Notes: generated from the letters alone by a model not told the origin. 64,000 bases of DNA from Podarcis muralis (GCF_964188315.1 NC_135673.1:14570001-14634000); one strand, 5' to 3'; counted from the first letter of the stretch, positions 28,230 to 40,440 are shown. Made by a program: numbers and translations.

Positions 28230-29420
28230 ATTGTAATCTTGCATTTATTGACTTCCCTCCTTCCCCTTCCATGGTTCTTTAAATTTTCCAAGATCTGCAT
28301 ACTCTAAAAGGGAAAATAAATCCATTTAATTTAGTCCCGTCCCCCCAATTATATCTGAAGGGGGAAAAATCCATTTAATTTAGGCCCCCCCCCCCAATTA
28401 TATCTGACTACTGTTGAATTTACCTTAATGTTTTCACTTGCTTAGAGTTATTTTCCAAATATTCCATTAAGTTTTCCCACTCTTCTTTATAAACTTGACC
28501 TTCTTGCTCTCGTAGGCCTGTTAACTCTGCATATTCTATCATTTTGAGCTGCCATTTCTCTTTCTTAAGAGCTTCTCTCACCTTCTAGTTTTGGGCTAAC
28601 AAAATCCGAGCTGCTGTAATTGCATACATAAATACGTTTTTCTGGCTCCCGGGTACCTGTCTGCACCATTCCTAAAAGAAACACTTCTGGTTTGAGGGTA
28701 AATGTTTTTCTAACTAAAACATTTTTTCCCCATCTCATTATGCAGTAATACCTCCACGAACGTCCACCTTGTCTAGCGTCCATTCCGGCAAACATCCACA
28801 GAAAACCCTAAAGTACCAAAATGGGTTACTTCCGGGTTTGCCGCTCGCGCATGCGCAGAAGCGCTAAATCACACATGCGCAGAAGCGCAAACTGCTCCGC
28901 ACGCATGCGCAGATGCGACGCTTTGCCCTGTGTCCATGTTGGCTAGCGGCCAGGGCTCCAGAATGGATCCTGGCCGCAAAATGAGGTACGACTGTATATA
29001 ATTTCCCAATATTCCTTAACTAATCTGCATGCCCACCACATATGTAGAAATGTTCCTCCCACTTCTCTGCATTTCCAATACATATCAGATTTAGATTTAT
29101 ACATCTTAGCTAATCTGCTTGGAGTTATATACCATCTATGTATCATTTTCACATGGTTTTCTTTTAGTGTGTAGCACACAGTAAATTTCAAATCTTTCTT
29201 CCATAGTTTCTCCCAGTGGTCAAATTCAATATTATGCCCTATATCTCTTGCCCAGTGAATCATTGATTATTTTACCAGCTCATCTTTTGTTTCCCGCTCC
29301 AATAACAGCTTATACATTTTGGATAAAAATTTTTCATTATTTTCTAATAGGATTCTCTCAAATTCTGAGCTTTGGTCCAAAAAAAATTTTTTTAAATTTA
29401 TCTTGAACCATTCATTTAAT
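28230..29420 (-). mobile_element. L1-clade LINE ORF2 3' remnant
   Basis: HWEKLWKKDLKFTVCYTLKENHVKMIHRWYITPSRLAKMYK...WKCREVGGTFLHMWWAC; interrupted by the MITE at 28743-28994. Confidence 0.8.
28743..28994. mobile_element. Tigger-like MITE
   Basis: cagtaatacctc ... gaggtacgactg|ta; interior related to 17851-18064 and 42996-43203. Confidence 0.7.
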
Positions 29421-29427
29421 TGATAAC

Positions 29428-30790
29428 ACTGGGGAACAATTTTTTTGTTGTATTGACACCTGCAATTGTTCTGACCTAATTTTGACGTGCTGATTTCATA
29501 TCAGAAGTTGGTTTTGTTCTGTACGCTCTAGGGTTTTTTGCAATTCATGTTTTCACTTTTCACCATAATCTTTGTTTTTCACAATGCAAGAATTCAATAT
29601 TTTATTAAACACAGCCAAAGTAGTATAATATGAGTATAAATGTAAGTGACTTGTATAACATTGAACATGACATGTATAGCATTTAAAATGACGTGTATAT
29701 CTATGTACAGTTGGAGGTATGCAAAAAATGTATTCCATTGGGATACACAGTATACTGGGGAACAATTTTTTCCCATTTTCTTTTGCACGAGCTTTTTCAA
29801 CTGTTCTTATATGTTCTTTCAATGCTGATTTCAAACCTGAAATTGATTTTTGTGTACATGCTATAGTTAACTTGCAATTTCTGACTTTTGCCGATATGTC
29901 ATATTTACACTGGGGATAAGTGGACACTGACACGTTGATCTGCCATAACCACATGGTAATTATTGTTTTGCAAATTATTTTTACAGTTTTGTAACCTAAA
30001 TATTTGCATTTTTCAGATTGGACCATGGCTTCTTCAAGTAGACAAAAATGTGTAAACAACCCTGATGCCTTTTGTTATGCTATTTTTGTCTGGTCAATAC
30101 GAAGGGTATCGGCAAGAAAAACCGACATGCTGTCGCCTATCCCAGTATTCCTTCAGCAATTAGACCTATCCCGCACTCTGAGGAACTCCCAATTCCAGTT
30201 TTTAAGGGGTTTGTCTCTTCTGAAGATGAAGGAAGTGAACATGGTGAGGAGCACAATTGGATCATCTGTGTGGATCTCAAAATGGTCAATTTCTTGCTTG
30301 GACAACAGAAAGGCTTTACCAAGTACCTGAATAACAATTGTAGATACCACTGGGAAACAAAAATAGAAGTCACTTGTGTGATCCTTGGGTTCTTGCCAAA
30401 CCATGGGAACCCCAAAAGGCATACTCTTCCATTTTCCTTTTGTCCGGTCTCTAAGCATTTCCTCACAATTGTGACAAACAATATGCGGAGCCCATTTCTT
30501 GTCTTGGTCGCCCAGGGGAATTTCAAAATAGCTTTTATAGGCATGCCTCACAAACGCTGTTATATTGCATCTTTGACGAGGAAGTGCGTAGCAGTCACAT
30601 ACATAACAAAAGGCATCAGGCAGTGTCCCCAGTGTAAATATGACATATCGGCAAAAGTCAGAAATTGCAAGTTAACTATAGCATGTACACAAAAATCAAT
30701 TTCAGATTTGAAATCAGCATTGAAAGAAAATATAAGAACAGTTGAAAAAGCTCATGCAACAGAAAATGGGGAAAAAATTGTTCCCCAGTG
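29428..30790 (+). mobile_element. Rearranged non-autonomous Chapaev3-type (CMC) DNA transposon
   Basis: TIR cactggggaacaattttt at the left end and its reverse complement ending 30790. Transposase pieces MASSSRQKCVNNPDAFCY, CYFCLVNTKGIGKKNRHAVAYPSIPSAIRPIPHSEELPIPVF and WIICVDLKMVNFLLGQQKGFTKY on +; DQDKKWAPHIVCHNC...MPFGVPMVWQEPKDH on -. The family name is from recollection. Confidence 0.75.
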
Positions 30791-30799
30791 ATATTGTAA

Positions 30800-31450
30800 C
30801 CAATCTGCTACTTTTTTTTTTATTTCTTTCACTGTCTTCAGTCTGAGTTCCTTCTCCGAAAAGTGCAGGAATTTTCTGTATGTCACCCATTGCCTGACCA
30901 TATTTATTCTTTTCATAGTAATGGCTTCTATTGGCAATAAACACAATGGAGTTTTCCTTTCCAACAAGTTCTTATATTTCTCCCAGACTCCCCGATTTGA
31001 GAAACTCTTATGTATCTTAACTTTCCCATACCATAGACATGCATGCCAGCCAAATTTAAGATCATGACCTTTCAGATCTAATGGATAAGCGTTTTTTCAA
31101 ACCAATCCATTCCTTTAGCCAGCAAAGACATGCTGCCTCATAGTATAACTGTAAAGGGTGAAGGAGGGTAAAGCCTCCTCTTTATTTATTATCTATCAGA
31201 GTTTTATACTTAATTCTTGGTTTCTTCCCCCGCCAGATATATCTAGAAATATCTCTGAAGCAGCACAAACTGTTGACAATCAGGACAGACTGGAATAAAA
31301 ACATTTTAGGTAATACATTCATTTTGATGGCTGAAATTCTACCCATTAGGGAAAGCTTCATTCTCCCCCCCAGCTCCAAAACTTTCTTAATCTCTTTCCA
31401 AACCTTTGTATGAAAATTGACTTTATTCAAACAATTTGTTAACAATTAGA
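30800..31450 (-). mobile_element. L1-clade LINE ORF2 remnant
   Basis: [23 protein letters not shown]...ISRYIWRGKKPRIKYKTL; probably the more 5' part of the L1 at 28230-29420, split by the Chapaev insertion. Confidence 0.75.
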
Positions 31451-32674
31451 GAAATATACAAACTCCACAAACATGTTACAATCAAGTGTTCAAGTGAACT
31501 GGCATCAGAAAACTAATGTTGAATATACAACTAAGGTTTCTTTTTCAAGTGGCACTTCTCTTCTGCCTTTAAACAGCCACCTGACACACATCCTTAAACT
31601 GACAAATCTCCTCCTGATTTGGGTGGAGGTAAAACAGAGGATACCAGCCCACATGAAGCTGCACATAGACATGGCTAGTTTTTCTGGTTTCTTTAAAGAA
31701 AGGTTGGAAGTAGTTTTGTCAATAGTTTTGAAATGTTTTAGATGGCCCAGTCCTGTTTTCAAATACATGTATGCTAAGGTCCACATCCAGACTTTTACCA
31801 AAGTGTGAGCAGATGGTTTTCAGAGAAGGGTGTGGTAGAAAGAGGCATGAGCTTATACAGTAAGTAGTTACATGATAGGGCTTTAATTCCTTATACAGCT
31901 GATCGGAAGGAAAAAACCCAAATACTCTAGCAATTGGAGTATGGGGAAAGGACTAAGGCCTGTTCCTTCAGTCGAAAACAACCCTTGAACACTGCTCCCT
32001 GAAGCTACTCAATAGAGCAGGTATTTCCAGGACAGGGATGTGAGCCTTAGCTTACACAACTGATACGGAGGAAGACTACAGTACTGAAAACGTAGTATTA
32101 TTACTTTTTAATAGTTGTTCTTAATTTAGTACTAGGGCCACCAAGTTTTTTCATTTTGTTTACAGCTTCTGCACCTTCAAGAGAAACCGACTATGTAGAC
32201 AAAGACACTCTTCTTATAATTTTGTACCCAGTGGCAATAATTTCAATGGCTTAAATTTCTGCCATCTTGGGCTGCCTTGAAGGCAGCTCCTGCTCTAAAA
32301 TTCCCATTCAGATACTAAAATGTCAGACTATAAGCAATGGCCTAACTTTTCCCCACAAGAAATTCCATCTAAGAGAGCACAGTTCCCAAGGGATCTCGTA
32401 GGCAGGGAACATTAAAAGAATGCCTGCACACTAAAAACAGCCACAAGAGAAGCAAACCTCCCATCTTAACTGCACTGGGCACCCCATGGGAAACACTGGG
32501 TTGGCTATCCTGTGAGGTGGTGCCTAGAGAAATGTGGCTTCTTGCAAATACAGCTGAGGCCTGCTGAGAGAGAAGAGGGCCCGGAGAGGGCAGGAAAATG
32601 TTGTCTTGATGCAACCACCGGAACGTTCAACTGTCAAAACGCAACAAAGCTGGGGAGAATTGCAGGCTCCCTTT

Positions 32675-35600
32675 TCAGGCGTGCTCCGTCGGGCCTGCTC
32701 CATGCCCGTTGATGTGAGGGTGAGAAGGAGTGGACCCCTGAGGGGCCGGAATGTTCTCCTCCATCATGGCAGCCGCCAGAGGCATGGCTAGGCCTTCTGG
32801 GGAGGACATGGTCAGCTCCTGTCTCCAATATGCTTCACACAGCGGGAGGTCGTTGGTGTCACACAGACTGTAGCTTTCCCCGAATGAGATGCCCGTTAAG
32901 GAGAAAAGGACAGTGGAAAGCCACAAGAGGGAAAGAGAGAGAGATACAGGAGGGAGAGAAGATGAGAAAAGCAAGACAGAGGCAACAGTGTTAAGAAAAT
33001 AGCAAAAAAAGGGAAAAAAAGAAGCAACAACTAAGGTTAAGAACGTAAGAGCCCTCCAAGATCAGGCCAAAGGCTCATTTAGTCCAGCATCCAGTTCTCA
33101 CAGTGGCCAATCAGATGCTAGTTATGGGAAGCCCAAAAGCAGAAAGCAAGTGCAATAGCACTCTCCCTACTGTTAACAACAGCTAGTATTCAGGTTATAC
33201 CGCATCCCCTCCAAGGTTTTGGAAAGGGAGTCTTTCCCAGCCCTGACTGGAAATACCAGGGATTGAACCCAGAACCATCCTCATACAGAGGATGTGCTCT
33301 GCCACTGAGCTATTGTTCTTCACCTAAAAATAAAGCAACACTTCTGTCCTCATGATACTGAACGGCAACATAGGAAGCTACCTCATCCCGAGTCACAACA
33401 CTGGTTCATTGATCCCAGTATTGTGTACAGCATTTTAGATAGGGAGTCTCTGATAGCCCTGCCTATAGATGTCGGGGACTAAACCTGGGGCCTTCTGCAT
33501 GCAAAGAAGATGCTATACCCCCCCCCCCTTTTTTAAAGATGCTGCAGCTGTGTAACCATTTATCTTGGTCCTTCTTGCTTGTGGAAATCCTGCTCTGAAG
33601 CAAACCAGAGGAGCAAAAGAAAATAAAGCAGTGGAAGAGTTTTGGAAGGAGAGGAACAAGCTTTGCATAAGACAAGCAGGGGGCAGGAGGTTTTCAAAAA
33701 CAAGCTGTGGGTTCGCTTAAAAAAATAATGTAGTTATCAGCTGAAATGACAATTATATTTTCCCTCACACACTGCTGTTTTATTTACAATAAAGTTTGCA
33801 GCAAATATTTTTAATGGGATATGTGTGTGTGTATAATTATAATAATAATAATATAATATAATGGCATAACAAAAGAATCCTTAAAATATTGCTTTGTTTT
33901 GATGCATCTTAACATTATGGAACTGGAAACTCATGGTCCAGTCATCACAGAGAGAAGAAAAAAATGCTTATTATGTCCAATCCTATGTATCTTTACTCAG
34001 AAGCAAGCCCCACTCTATTCAGTTGTGGTCCCTTTCAGCTAAGGGTGCGTGTGATTGCATCCTAAACCCCAAAGTTCCATATCTTCTCGACTGCAGCCCT
34101 TCAGATGTTGTTGTTTGACTACCCCATGCTCGTACCATGCATCCGATACCACTTTAAACAATCATGGCTACTCCTGAAGAATTTTGAGAGCTGTAGTTAA
34201 GAGTGCTAAGGACTATTGGGAGGCCCTTGTTCGCTTCACAGACCTACAATTCCCAGAGTGGCTTAACAATCAATCCCTCTTCACAGGGAACTCTGGGAAT
34301 TAATTGTAACCCTGTAACCTCTGCACCATTCGAAAACTACAGCTCCCCTAATTATCTGGTGGAATCCATAACTGTCTAGCATGGCATCATAGTGCTTTAA
34401 ATGTATTGTATGAATGTGGCCTAAAGCTGCCATCTTCATTTATTATTTATTTCATAAAATTTATACACCACTTGATTGTAAAAAAAAGCTTCAAAGCAGT
34501 TTAATCCCACTTAGCTAGGAACAAACCCCATTGAATTCAAGAGGACTTACTTCTGAGTAGACATGGTTAGGATTGCAGTTTACACTGACTAGTGATTAGG
34601 GTACTCTGGGCAGTTCAAGATCTAATACCTGTTCCTGTTTGCAAGTCATTTAGGTGACAAGATCACAATGCGGATGAGGGGGCAGGAGAAAAGCTCACCT
34701 CCACATCTCTGTGGAGAAAGGCCTAGTTTCATGGTGTGCTTGCCCTCCAAAATGGCCACATCTCACGTCAAACATGAAGTACTCAATAAAACGGCTTTGG
34801 GGCCCGGATTCTTTGGGTGCTGAGAATTTAGGGATGCTTTTTAAAACAAGGACAGTTGTTATTTTCACAAACACCCTGCCCCACTCCCACCCCCACCCCA
34901 TGTCAGAAACAGGAAATTGTTGTGGTTACTATAGGGCAACCGTCCATGGCTTCATTTGTACCTGGAAGAGTAATATTCTTCCTCCAGCTCATAGAGGTCT
35001 ATCGAGATCTCATCACGCAGGGCAATAAGCTTCTTGTCGCATTCCTCCTGAAGGCTGCGCAACTGCTGGTTCCGCTGGTTGATGGCTTCGTTGACGGAAG
35101 GGAAGTCATTGAGGATCAGGAACTGTTTTAGGTCAGAGACAAGCTTCATAAGAGACTCACCAGCCCGAACCTAGCAGAGAAAAAAATTCAAATTATTTAT
35201 TTTATACTATTTATACACCACTAGATCGTAAAAAGTGTCAAAGCGGTCTACAAAATGAATAAAACAAGAAATCATAAGAAAAAAGAAAAATACCACACTA
35301 CTATTTAAAACAGGGGCAGGCAACCTACGGCCCATGGGCCGGATGCGGCCCAATCGCCTTCTAAACACGGCCAGCGGACAGTCCAGGAATCAGCGTGTTT
35401 TTACATGAGTAGAATGTGTGCTTTTATTTAAAATGGATCTCTGGGTTATTTGTGGGGCATAGGAATTCGTACGTCCCCCCCCCCCTGCAAATATAGTCCA
35501 GCCCACTACATGGTCTGAGGGACGGTGGACCAGCTCATGGCTGAAAAAGGTTGCTGACCCCTGATTTAAAACATTCAATGAATAATTAAAGTCAATGACA

Positions 35601-38600
35601 AGCTGGAAACCAAATTAAGATGTGTCTGCCTTCTACATGTCTGGACAGGCTTATCTAAACAAAAATGTTTTTGGCAGGTACCTTGGAGTACAGTGAGGGC
35701 ACCTGCCTGATGTCAATGGACAGGGAATTCCAAAGCATCAGTGCTGCCACCCTAAAATATTAATTTCTTACAAGTCCAGAACAAGTATTACGGGGCATTT
35801 GTAACAGTGCCTGCTCGACAGATCAAAACAGTCCACTGGGCATATATTTGGTAAGACTATCTTGCAGGTAAACTGTTCCCAAGCTGTTAAATGCTATATA
35901 TACTAATAACAACACCATGAACATGGCCCAGTAGCAAATGAGCAATCCTTGCAGGTCTCTTAGCTTGGGTGTTATATGCTGCAGCATTTTGCACTAACTG
36001 CAGCTTCTGGAATGAGCACAAGGGAAGCCCCTATACAGTGGTGCCCCGCAAGACGAATGCCTCGCAAGACGGAAAACCCGCAAGACGAAAGGGTTTTCCG
36101 TTTGCGAGTTGCTTCGCAAGACGAATTTCCCTATGGGCTTGCTTCGCAAGAAGAAAGCCCATAGGGAAATCTCCGGGGACCTCTTTTAAATGCTGGCGGT
36201 GGGGAGCAAAGCCTTTCCCCCCCCCCTCCGGCCTTCAGAAGAGGTCCAGGAAGGCCGGCGGGGGCCGAAAGGCTTTGCTCCCCACCGCCAGCATTTTAAA
36301 AGCAGTCCAGGATAGCAGGGAAGCGCTTCCCGCTATCCCGGACGGCTTTTGAAGGCAGGTACCTTGGAGTACAGTGAGGGCACCTGCCTGATGTCAATGG
36401 ACAGGGAATTCCAAAGCATTGCGGAGAGGTCCGCGAAGCCTGGGCGCGCTGATCTCAGCGTGTGCAGGCTTCGGCATGCTGGCAACTCTCCGCAAGCAGC
36501 CGGAGCACTCCCGCTGCTTGCGGAGAGGTCCGCGAAGCCTGGGCGCGCTGATCTCAGCGCGCGCAGGCTTCGGCATCCTGGCAACTCTCCGCAAGGAGCT
36601 GGAGCGCTCCCGCTGCTTGCGGAGAGGTCCGCGAAGCCTGTCCCTGACGGCTTTTGAAGGCAGGCGGGGGGGAGCAAAGACTTTCGCCCCCCACCCGCCT
36701 TCAGAAGAGGTCCTGGACCTCTTCTGAAGGCCGGCGGGGGGCAAAAGTCTTTGCTCCCCCCCTGCCTGCCTTCCCGGGAGAGCGGAGAAACGCAGCGCGT
36801 TTCTCCGCTGTCCCGGACGGCTTTTGAAGGAGAAGTCCTCCGCTGTCCTGGGGCGATTTTAAAATGCTGCCCGCCAGCATTTTAAGATTGCCCCGGACAG
36901 CGGAGAAGTCCTCCGCTGTCCCGGGGTTTTTTTAAAATGCTGGGGGTGGGAAGAAAAGCCCTTGTCCCCCCCCCCCCCAGCCTTCAGAAGAGGTCGGGGG
37001 ACAGACTGTCCCCGGACCTGGTCTGAAGGCGGTTTCCATAGGAACGCATTAATTGATTTTCAATGCATTCCTATGGGAAACCGTGCTTCGCAAGACGAAA
37101 AACTCGCAAGAAGAAAAAACTTGCGGAACGAATTAATTTCGTCTTGCGAGGCACCACTGTACAGCACATTTCAGTAATCTTGACATACAGCCCCAAATTA
37201 CCCTGAATGTATAACAACATTTTATTGCTCACCCTTCTCCAGCAGGTCCCAAGGCATATTAAAACTTTTTTTTTTATACTGAACAGTTAAAACAAATCAC
37301 ATTCAAAGGAATTGGGTGGATCCTAAAACACACACATCTCAACAAAAACAAGAAGACACACTTCTGTGAGGAGGGAATTCCACAATCGAAGAGCTGCCCC
37401 AGGGAATGAGCTGTCCTAAACTATCAGCACCCAGAACTTCTGAGGGTGGCAGAACAACCAGAAAAGCCCCTCTGCTGATCTCAAGACCTGAGAGGGTCTG
37501 TAGGGAAGAAGGCAGCCTCTCAGGTATCTGAACACACCCTAGAACCCACCCAACATATCCTCCCATTGGATGCTTTTTACTCACAATATTTGCAGCTCTG
37601 ACTTGCATTTCGTAGTTGTCCTGCTCACCTTGGGTTGCCCGAGAAACTTGGGTTTCTTCCTCAATCTACAGCAAATGTTAGAAACAAAGCTTTTACACTG
37701 GGTTCAACATCTTTCTTCCACTGTTCTGCAGAGAAAAACAGCCCTCTCACTATCCTCCATGAGATTTTATTGCATTCCCTCTGCCAGAGGTTCCAAACAC
37801 TTCAGGCGAAAGCAGGCATGGGGAACATGTGACCCTTTAGATGCTGCTGGACTACAGGTCCCATCATCCCTGACTGCTGACTATGCTGCGTGGGGCTGAT
37901 GGGAGATGGAGTCCAAAATCATCAGGAGGAGCCACTGGTTCCCCAACTCCACCATAGAAGAAGCAACACCCCCAACTAGTAAAATGGAGGCTTCTCATTC
38001 AATCCTTCTTATAGGAACATTTAGGCCTCCCTTCTATTCTATAAATTTGAAGCAGTATTATACCACTTTACACAGTCATGGCTTCCCCCAAAGGATTTTG
38101 GGAACTGTAGTTTCTTAAGGGCACTGACAGCTTTTAGGAGAACCCCTATTCACCTCACTGCGCAACAATTCTCAGAGTGGTTCAACAATCAACCCCTCTT
38201 TACAGGGAGTTCTGGTAACTGTAAGCTCTGGGAGGGGACTAAATATCTCCTAACAACTTTTGACACCCTTAACAAACTACAGCTCCCAGAATTCTTTGGT
38301 GGAAGTTATGACTGTTTAAAGTCATATCATAGGGCTTTAAATCGAATGTGAGAATGTGGCTGCAGATTTCCCCCAGCTTTGACTTAAAGGAATGATGAGG
38401 TAATATTTTTATGTTCCAATTAGGTAAGCAAAAACTTTGAGTTTGGGTGGAAGAAAGAATACCCATAACATGAGGTCCCGCCACCCACCCACAAGTAATC
38501 TTCTCATACCTTTGCAGTTTTGACTATTTCTGTGAAGTTATCCATGATAGACTTGATGTCATCTTTCAGCCTCTTGTTGTAAGACTGAAGGAGGGTTTCC

Positions 38601-38632
38601 TTGCTCTGGGGGAGCACGCGCTGCTGCGGCAT
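32675..38632 (-). CDS. MED22: Mediator subunit 22 (Surf-5), long isoform 203 aa; short isoform ends YYSSRYK at 34952
   Basis: Coding exons 38632-38510, 37665-37585, 35170-34962, 32873-32675 (612 nt). Translation [33 protein letters not shown]...[28 protein letters not shown]...GPTEHA. A candidate non-coding first exon has its donor at 41235. Confidence 0.97.
33045..33520 (-). mobile_element. Cluster of Squam-type SINE fragments
   Basis: Motifs aagaacgtaagag...caggccaaaggctcatttagtccagcatcc and ggaacataggaagc...cagtattgt, shared with the other copies. Confidence 0.6.
35311..35563. mobile_element. hAT (Charlie-like) MITE
   Basis: TIR caggggcaggcaacct / aggttgctgacccctg, perfect 8-bp TSD atttaaaa (35303-35310, 35564-35571). 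Confidence 0.9.
35600..35990 (-). mobile_element. L2-type LINE remnant
   Basis: gcctgatgtcaatggacagggaattccaaagc...gtgctgccac resembles a reverse-oriented L2 3' region. Confidence 0.5.
36036..37159. mobile_element. Large Tigger-like non-autonomous element (1124 bp) with internal palindromic 99-bp repeats
   Basis: TIR cagtggtgcc.cgcaagacgaa / ttcgtcttgcgaggcaccactg, TA TSD; 99-bp units start at 36420, 36519 and 36618; lies in MED22 intron 3. Confidence 0.88.
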
Positions 38633-38899
38633 TGTGGTGGCAAGGAGAGAATCTTAGCTGCTCACCAAGAAAGGTCAGAAAGAGTTACAACTAAACAACA
38701 ATTGAAAGTCAAAGCTTTATTACATATATTTCAAGACAACAGTCTTGAATGAATAAGCCATTCATTACAAGCAGTGAGTTGCAACATAACCAGACACTGG
38801 AAAGAGCTTTCTAGCACAGTAGACAATTGGTACAAAACAGTTTGGGAAACGGCCCTCCTTGACAGAGTAATAAATAAACCATGGTTGACATAATAAAAA

Positions 38900-40440
38900 T
38901 ATATTTTTTATTTGGATGCCGCTCGTCTTACTGGGTTGCCCCAGCCATTCCAGGAGCCTCCCAACAAAATAGTAAAATGATAAAGTATCAAATCCAGGGA
39001 CGCGGGTGGCGCTGTGGGTAAAACCTCAGTGCCTAGGACTTGCCGATCGTATGGTCGGCAGTTCGAATCCCCGCGGTGGGGTGAGCTCCCGTCTTTCGGT
39101 CCCAGCTCCTGCCCACCTAGCAGTTCGAAAGCATCCCTAAGTGCAAGTAGATAAATAGGTACCGCTTTCTAGCGGGAAGGTAAACGGCGTTTCCGTGTGC
39201 TGCGCTGGTGCTGGCTCGCCAGAGCAGCTTCGTCACGCTGGCCACGTGACCCGGAAGTGTCTCCGGACAGCGCTGGCTCCCGGCCTATAGAGTGAGATGA
39301 GCGCACAACCCTAGAGTCTGTCAAGACTGGCCCGTACGGGCAGGGGTACCTTTACCCTTTACCTTAAAGTATCAAATAGTAAAAACTTCCCTAAACAGGA
39401 CTGCCTTTAGATGTCTTCTAAAAGTCAGATAGTTGTTTATTTCCATGACATCTGAAGGGAGGGCATTCCACAAGGTGGGCACCACTATTGAGAAGGCTCT
39501 CTGCCTGGTTCCCTGTAACTTCACTTCTCACAGTGAGGGAACCACCAACAGGCCCTCATTGCTTGATCTCAGTGTCTGGGCTGAAAGATGGTAGGGCAGA
39601 CACTCCTTCAGGTATACAGGGCCAAAGCTGTTTGGGGCTTTAAAGGTCAGCATCAACACTTTAAATTGTGCTTTGAAATGTACTGGGAGCCAATGTAGAT
39701 CCTTTAAGACCGGTGTTATATGGTCCCGGCAGCTGCTCCCAGTCACCTGTCTAGCAGCCACACTCTGGATTAGTTATAGTTTCCGAGTCATCTTCAAAGG
39801 TAGTCCCACGTAGAGCGCATTGCAGTAGTCCATGTGGGAGATAACCAGTGCATGCACCACTCTAGTGAGACAATCTGCAAACAGGTAGGGTCTCAGCCGG
39901 CATACCAGATGGAGCTGGTAGACAGCTGTCCTGGACACAGAACTGACCTGTGCCTCTATAGACAGCTATGAGTCCAAAATGACTCCCAGGCTGCGCACCT
40001 GGTCCTTCAGGGGCACAGTTACCCCATTCAAGGGAGTCCCCTACACCTATGTGTTCCCTGCCCCCCCAAGAACAGTACTTCTGTCTTGTCGGGATTCAAC
40101 CGCAATCCATTAACCTCCTACCACCTCCAGACACTCACACAGGACCCTCACTGCCTTCACTGGTTCCGATTTAAAGGAGAGGTAGAGCTGGGTATCATCT
40201 GCACACTGGTGAACACCCAGCCAAAACCTTCTGATGATCTCTCCCGGCTATCTCATATAGATGTAGAAAAGCATGGGGGAGAGGACAGAGCCCTGAGGTA
40301 CCCCACAAGTGAGAGCCCAGGGGTCTGAACATTCATACCCCAACACCATTTTCTGGACACAGCCCAGGAGGAAGGAGCAGGACCACTTTATAACAGTGCC
40401 CCCTGCTCTAGATGGCCCAAAAGGATATCAATGCTTCTGG
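38900..40440 (-). mobile_element. L2 LINE ORF2 3' portion
   Basis: DHITPVLKDLHWLPVHFKAQFKVLMLTFKA...TLRSSNEGLLVVP is the L2 RT C-terminal signature; the 3' tail near 38900-38990 is interrupted by a Sauria SINE. Confidence 0.88.
38997..39364 (+). mobile_element. Sauria SINE, full-length
   Basis: gggacgcgggtggcgctgtggg head, (taccttt)n tail, 13-bp TSD taaagtatcaaat (38981-38993, 39365-39377). Confidence 0.92.

Noticed and set aside
28305-28410. Roughly 52-bp local tandem duplication (also small ones at 5620-5650, 14640-14680 and 56540-56600)
   Set aside because: Ordinary slippage-type duplications in intronic or TE sequence with no sign of function.
36420-36640. CRISPR-like regular repeats
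   Set aside because: Eukaryotic context, no unique spacers; tandem units inside a TIR element.
35969-37177. Overlapping repetitive ORFs
   Set aside because: Products of the 99-bp GC-rich repeats (a multiple of 3) in the Tigger-like element.
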